Assembly (NCBI GenBank): GCA_050012075.1
Contig: JBEKHW010000001.1
Location: forward strand, 4,766 to 68,765
DNA from: Candidatus Omnitrophota bacterium
Lineage (GTDB): Bacteria > Omnitrophota > Gorgyraeia > Gygaellales > Profunditerraquicolaceae
DNA length: 64,000 bases
Reading direction: 5' to 3'
Below, one piece after another: positions 60,982 to 64,000 of the stretch. A program made the position numbers and the translations under genes. Below the pieces are notes generated by a model that ran no database searches, was not told the DNA's origin, and saw nothing but the letters and a program-made list of their open reading frames with translations. The stretch's first letter is position 1, and each line of letters opens with the position of its first letter.

Positions 60982-62283
60982 TTATACCAGGGAGCTTTCT
61001 ATCTTAATCTTCCCTTTTTCTGCCTTTAAATCAACTATCTCTTCCTCCCCTTGCTGTCCACTGGACACTCCAACCTTAGGCAGAAATATCTCCTCGCTGT
61101 TAATCTCTCTTACCACCCCTGTCCTGCCGTCAGACAACTGCACCCTGGTGCCTACCGGCCAGACGCCTATCAGCTTAAAGAACCTATCCAGTAAAACAGG
61201 GTCAAAAGAAACCCCTCTCTCCTTCGTCATTATTTCATAAATAGTTTCCGGGGGGTAGCTGCGCTTATAGCCCCTCCTCTGGGCAAGGGCGTCATAGACG
61301 TCGCATATGGAGACGATTAAAGAAGCCTTATGCTGTTTGTATGGAAAAGACAATTTAGGATAGCCACTCATGTTATATTTCAGGTGGTGCTCAAAACTCA
61401 CTATTATAGGCAACATCCCCAGTTTATCGGCATATTTAAGCAATATCTCAGCGCCAAGTGCCGCGTGGTTTTTAATCTTGTCGAACTCTTCAGTGCTCAG
61501 GCGCGATTCTTTACGTATTAATCCGCGCGAAATATAGATTTTGCCGACGTCATGAAAAAGGCCGGCCATCCCCATTTCAAGCACGCCTTCTTTTTCAAGC
61601 CCCAGTTTTGAAGAAAAATACATTGCCAGTATCGAAACATTGAGTATATGCGAAAATGTCCTGGTGTCGAACTTCCTTAAAGTCGCGAAATCCAGGAGCT
61701 CCTGATATTGCCCGATAAGCTTCTCCATGACTTCTTTAAGGGTATAGCGCAGGGTAAGATGGTCTAGATCCACTTCGTTAAGTATCGCCTCAACGGAGTT
61801 ATTTACCTTGTTGAGCGAATGCTCATAGAGATTTAGGCGGTCCATTGCCTCCTGGACTTTATCCATCTCCACGGATAATTTTATCTTACCCACCAATATG
61901 TTTTTTACGCCCATCCCGGAAAGATTCTCCTGTATCTGGTCACCGGTCTCTTCTCTGGATGCCAGGAGGGAAGATATGAATTTCGCTAATTCATCCTCCC
62001 GTAAGCCGCGCAGGAAATGAATCCTCTCAATCCCTTTAGCCTTCAGGAATAGTATTGCGGGCATAGCCAGCTCGCTCAGGTTGAAAAATATCTCCTTTTC
62101 AACGGCCAGTTCCTTACCGACTATACCGATGACTAATTCCTGCTCTTCTCCCAGGATATCCGTAACGCTCGCATAAAGTTTTCCAATGGATTTCTTTACC
62201 TGTGGATGGTCAGGATTATACAGCCTTGCCATCTGCAGGGCGGAAAGCAGGTCCCTTATACAGCTTTCAATTCTTTCTTTCAT
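60982..62283 (-). CDS. HD-GYP domain protein (putative c-di-GMP phosphodiesterase) with N-terminal sensory domain
   Basis: H..HDVGK metal motif, HHLKYNMSGYPK GYP motif, and downstream conserved D/E residues. Confidence 0.75.
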   Translation of the reverse strand: MKERIESCIRDLLSALQMARLYNPDHPQVKKSIGKLYASVTDILGEEQELVIGIVGKELAVEKEIFFNLSELAMPAILFLKAKGIERIHFLRGLREDELAKFISSLLASREETGDQIQENLSGMGVKNILVGKIKLSVEMDKVQEAMDRLNLYEHSLNKVNNSVEAILNEVDLDHLTLRYTLKEVMEKLIGQYQELLDFATLRKFDTRTFSHILNVSILAMYFSSKLGLEKEGVLEMGMAGLFHDVGKIYISRGLIRKESRLSTEEFDKIKNHAALGAEILLKYADKLGMLPIIVSFEHHLKYNMSGYPKLSFPYKQHKASLIVSICDVYDALAQRRGYKRSYPPETIYEIMTKERGVSFDPVLLDRFFKLIGVWPVGTRVQLSDGRTGVVREINSEEIFLPKVGVSSGQQGEEEIVDLKAEKGKIKIESSLV

Positions 62284-63899
62284 CCAATTTTCTCCAGTGC
62301 CTGGCTTGCCCTTTTACGCAACTGCCTGTTCCATGCAAACGGCCTTTTGCTCAAAATAAGGAGCCAATCCTTTGCCTCTTGTAATTTTACTTCTTCTACA
62401 ATCGCGATATGCTGCACTAGCGTCTTATTGTTGATTCCAAAAGGGCTAGGTATTGCAAAAAGGATGGCCAACAGTTTCTTTATGTATCCAGCGTCTGTAC
62501 TACAGACCTGGATCGCTTCTTTTTCCAGCAATATTTCCCCTTTCTTAAAAATAGCCAGAAGTATACTGAAATCGCAAAGGTTCAGGCGCCGATAAGTCTT
62601 CAACACCTCTATTCTCGCTATATTGTTCGAGGAATGGAATATGGTCTTGAGGATCTCTTTTGAGAAAGATTCATTTATTTTATCCAGGCTCATCATAAGC
62701 TTAGCTAGGAATTCAATATCCGTATGTCTCGCTACCATTGCGCTTAAGAATTCCCGAAGATTATCCGGGAAAAACCTGAAGAACAACTCCAATATAAAGG
62801 GGTTCACCTTTTCCTCAGTAAATATCTTCTCCAGATAAACCATGGGATTGAATAAAGACACCTTCAGGTTATCAGAGAAAAATCCTATTTCACTTCCTTC
62901 ATTGAGGCTGCCCTCCATAATCCCTGTCTCTACAAAATCTGTTATCTGCCTGCTGAGATTATCAAAAAGATGGGCCGATTTCGGATCTTCCTTTACCTTT
63001 GTCTCTAAGCACTGCCAGACTAACTTAACGAACGGCAGATTTTTTTCTTCTATTATCTTCTTAAGCTCGCTAGAGAGATTTTTGAGGATCGGCTCCAGCT
63101 TCTGTTGGTCTGTTTCCATGGCCGCCAGGTTCAAAAGCACATGGCGATAATTATCTTCCAGGCTAGGAGTTTCAAATGAAAAAATCTCCTCTTCGGCCAT
63201 ATCTTTTGTAAGCGATGAAAGCGCATGGCGATAAAATTCGGAAACCGCGATGGTCTCGTCTGAAGAAAAAATCTCTTTGATTTTCTTGCGCAGCTTAGAG
63301 TCGGTCTTAAGCGCCTCGGAATTACGTATCTTGTCTGCGAGAGAAATGCTGATATTCTTATTCCTTTTCTCCTCGACAAGCCGCGAAAATACCGCGAGGC
63401 TAAGATAATCGAATTTTTCGTTATTCAGAAGCTGCTCCTCCAGGACCTCCACAAAATCTTCGTCAGCAAGGTCTTCGAAAAATGACTTTATTTTCTCCGC
63501 CTTTTGCGTATCCGTGATGCTTATATCCTGAATAGCCCATTTGAGCAATTCTTTATTGCAATTAAGGTAGCGCTCTTTCTCCTTGTCCTTAAGATAGAAG
63601 ATAAAATCATGAATACTCTCTCTTAATTCATCATCGGCCAGCAGGTCACTAACCCTGATCTTCTTTATAATATCGCAGAAATTATCTGCGAATTCATTGA
63701 TCTTTTCGGTGTCTTCTTTGGCTATCGCAGATTGAAGAAAGGGGACCCAGATATCAGCGACCTCTTCCCCTTCACCAGTCAGAAGAGAAGAATAATCCAG
63801 TTCCTCTACAATAAGGTGCGGGTATTTTGCGGGGTCAAGGATATTCTGCACCCCGCCCTTAGCTATTACTTCCTTTTTGGGCATTGAGATCGTGCTCAA
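62280..63899 (-). CDS. hypothetical alpha-helical (HEAT/ARM-like) protein, 4-bp overlap with the HD-GYP gene
   Basis: 539-aa all-helical, acidic ORF. ORF-track start is TTG at 63897-63899; the first ATG is 5 codons in (63882-63884). In-frame stop at 63951-63953. Confidence 0.5.
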   Translation of the reverse strand: MSTISMPKKEVIAKGGVQNILDPAKYPHLIVEELDYSSLLTGEGEEVADIWVPFLQSAIAKEDTEKINEFADNFCDIIKKIRVSDLLADDELRESIHDFIFYLKDKEKERYLNCNKELLKWAIQDISITDTQKAEKIKSFFEDLADEDFVEVLEEQLLNNEKFDYLSLAVFSRLVEEKRNKNISISLADKIRNSEALKTDSKLRKKIKEIFSSDETIAVSEFYRHALSSLTKDMAEEEIFSFETPSLEDNYRHVLLNLAAMETDQQKLEPILKNLSSELKKIIEEKNLPFVKLVWQCLETKVKEDPKSAHLFDNLSRQITDFVETGIMEGSLNEGSEIGFFSDNLKVSLFNPMVYLEKIFTEEKVNPFILELFFRFFPDNLREFLSAMVARHTDIEFLAKLMMSLDKINESFSKEILKTIFHSSNNIARIEVLKTYRRLNLCDFSILLAIFKKGEILLEKEAIQVCSTDAGYIKKLLAILFAIPSPFGINNKTLVQHIAIVEEVKLQEAKDWLLILSKRPFAWNRQLRKRASQALEKIG

Positions 63900-64000
63900 G
63901 AAATCTACCAGTTCATCTACGGTAAGCCCGTTCTTGAACTCGATATTTTTTATCTTACGGATATGTAAAGTTAAGGCGATTTCAGTATAAAGCGATAAGT

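Overview
Window from an uncultivated Gram-negative bacterium (lpxB lipid-A gene, PTS-Ntr module, roughly 45% GC). About 95% of the coding is on the minus strand. Most of it is housekeeping and central metabolism: pncB; a tlpA/ccdA/cutA redox cluster; an ilvD-ilvB-ilvN-ilvC-leuA-aroE-pilD-malQ string; pfkA with a class-II-aldolase-like gene; ahcY-metK; ptsI-ptsH-yvcK-ptsN; tRNA-Gly/Leu/Lys; rpsB-tsf-pyrH-frr; an msbA-like ABC exporter; a divergent gfo/lpxB pair; pyrG. Five things stand out. (1) A cassette-like accessory array at about 8.3-14.7 kb: unrelated small ORFs (membrane proteins, a TPR protein, an ORF6N DNA-binding protein, a SEC-C-motif protein with a possible PD-(D/E)xK core), each bracketed by conserved 150-300 bp intergenic modules carrying a TTGGGA-17-TATAAT promoter, a GGGAACGTTCCC palindrome and a CATAG-loop terminator. 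(2) A small composite hairpin element in three copies, one of which carries a GIY-YIG nuclease gene exactly between a perfect 13-bp inverted repeat (4.6-4.95 kb); empty copies lie at 37.86 kb and 44.58 kb. (3) Two families of heptamer-repeat hairpins (GTTCATG x3 and GTCACAA x3) sitting on gene junctions of the ilv/leu, metK-ahcY and frr operons. Several overlap the upstream stop codon, and they pair with G.U wobbles only in the antisense transcript. (4) A structured roughly 80-nt (short) or roughly 200-nt (long) repeat family at 8.30, 8.72, 14.5 and 46.8 kb. (5) A 2718-aa signal-peptide-bearing giant ORF (52.6-60.7 kb) that fuses three roughly 195-aa tandem repeats with a glucose-6-phosphate-isomerase-like domain, a coiled coil and a phosphoglucomutase-like domain; it lies directly downstream of an HD-GYP/HEAT-like operon. 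No CRISPR array, rRNA, integrase or transposase gene was seen. All functional calls come from motifs read by eye, not from database searches.
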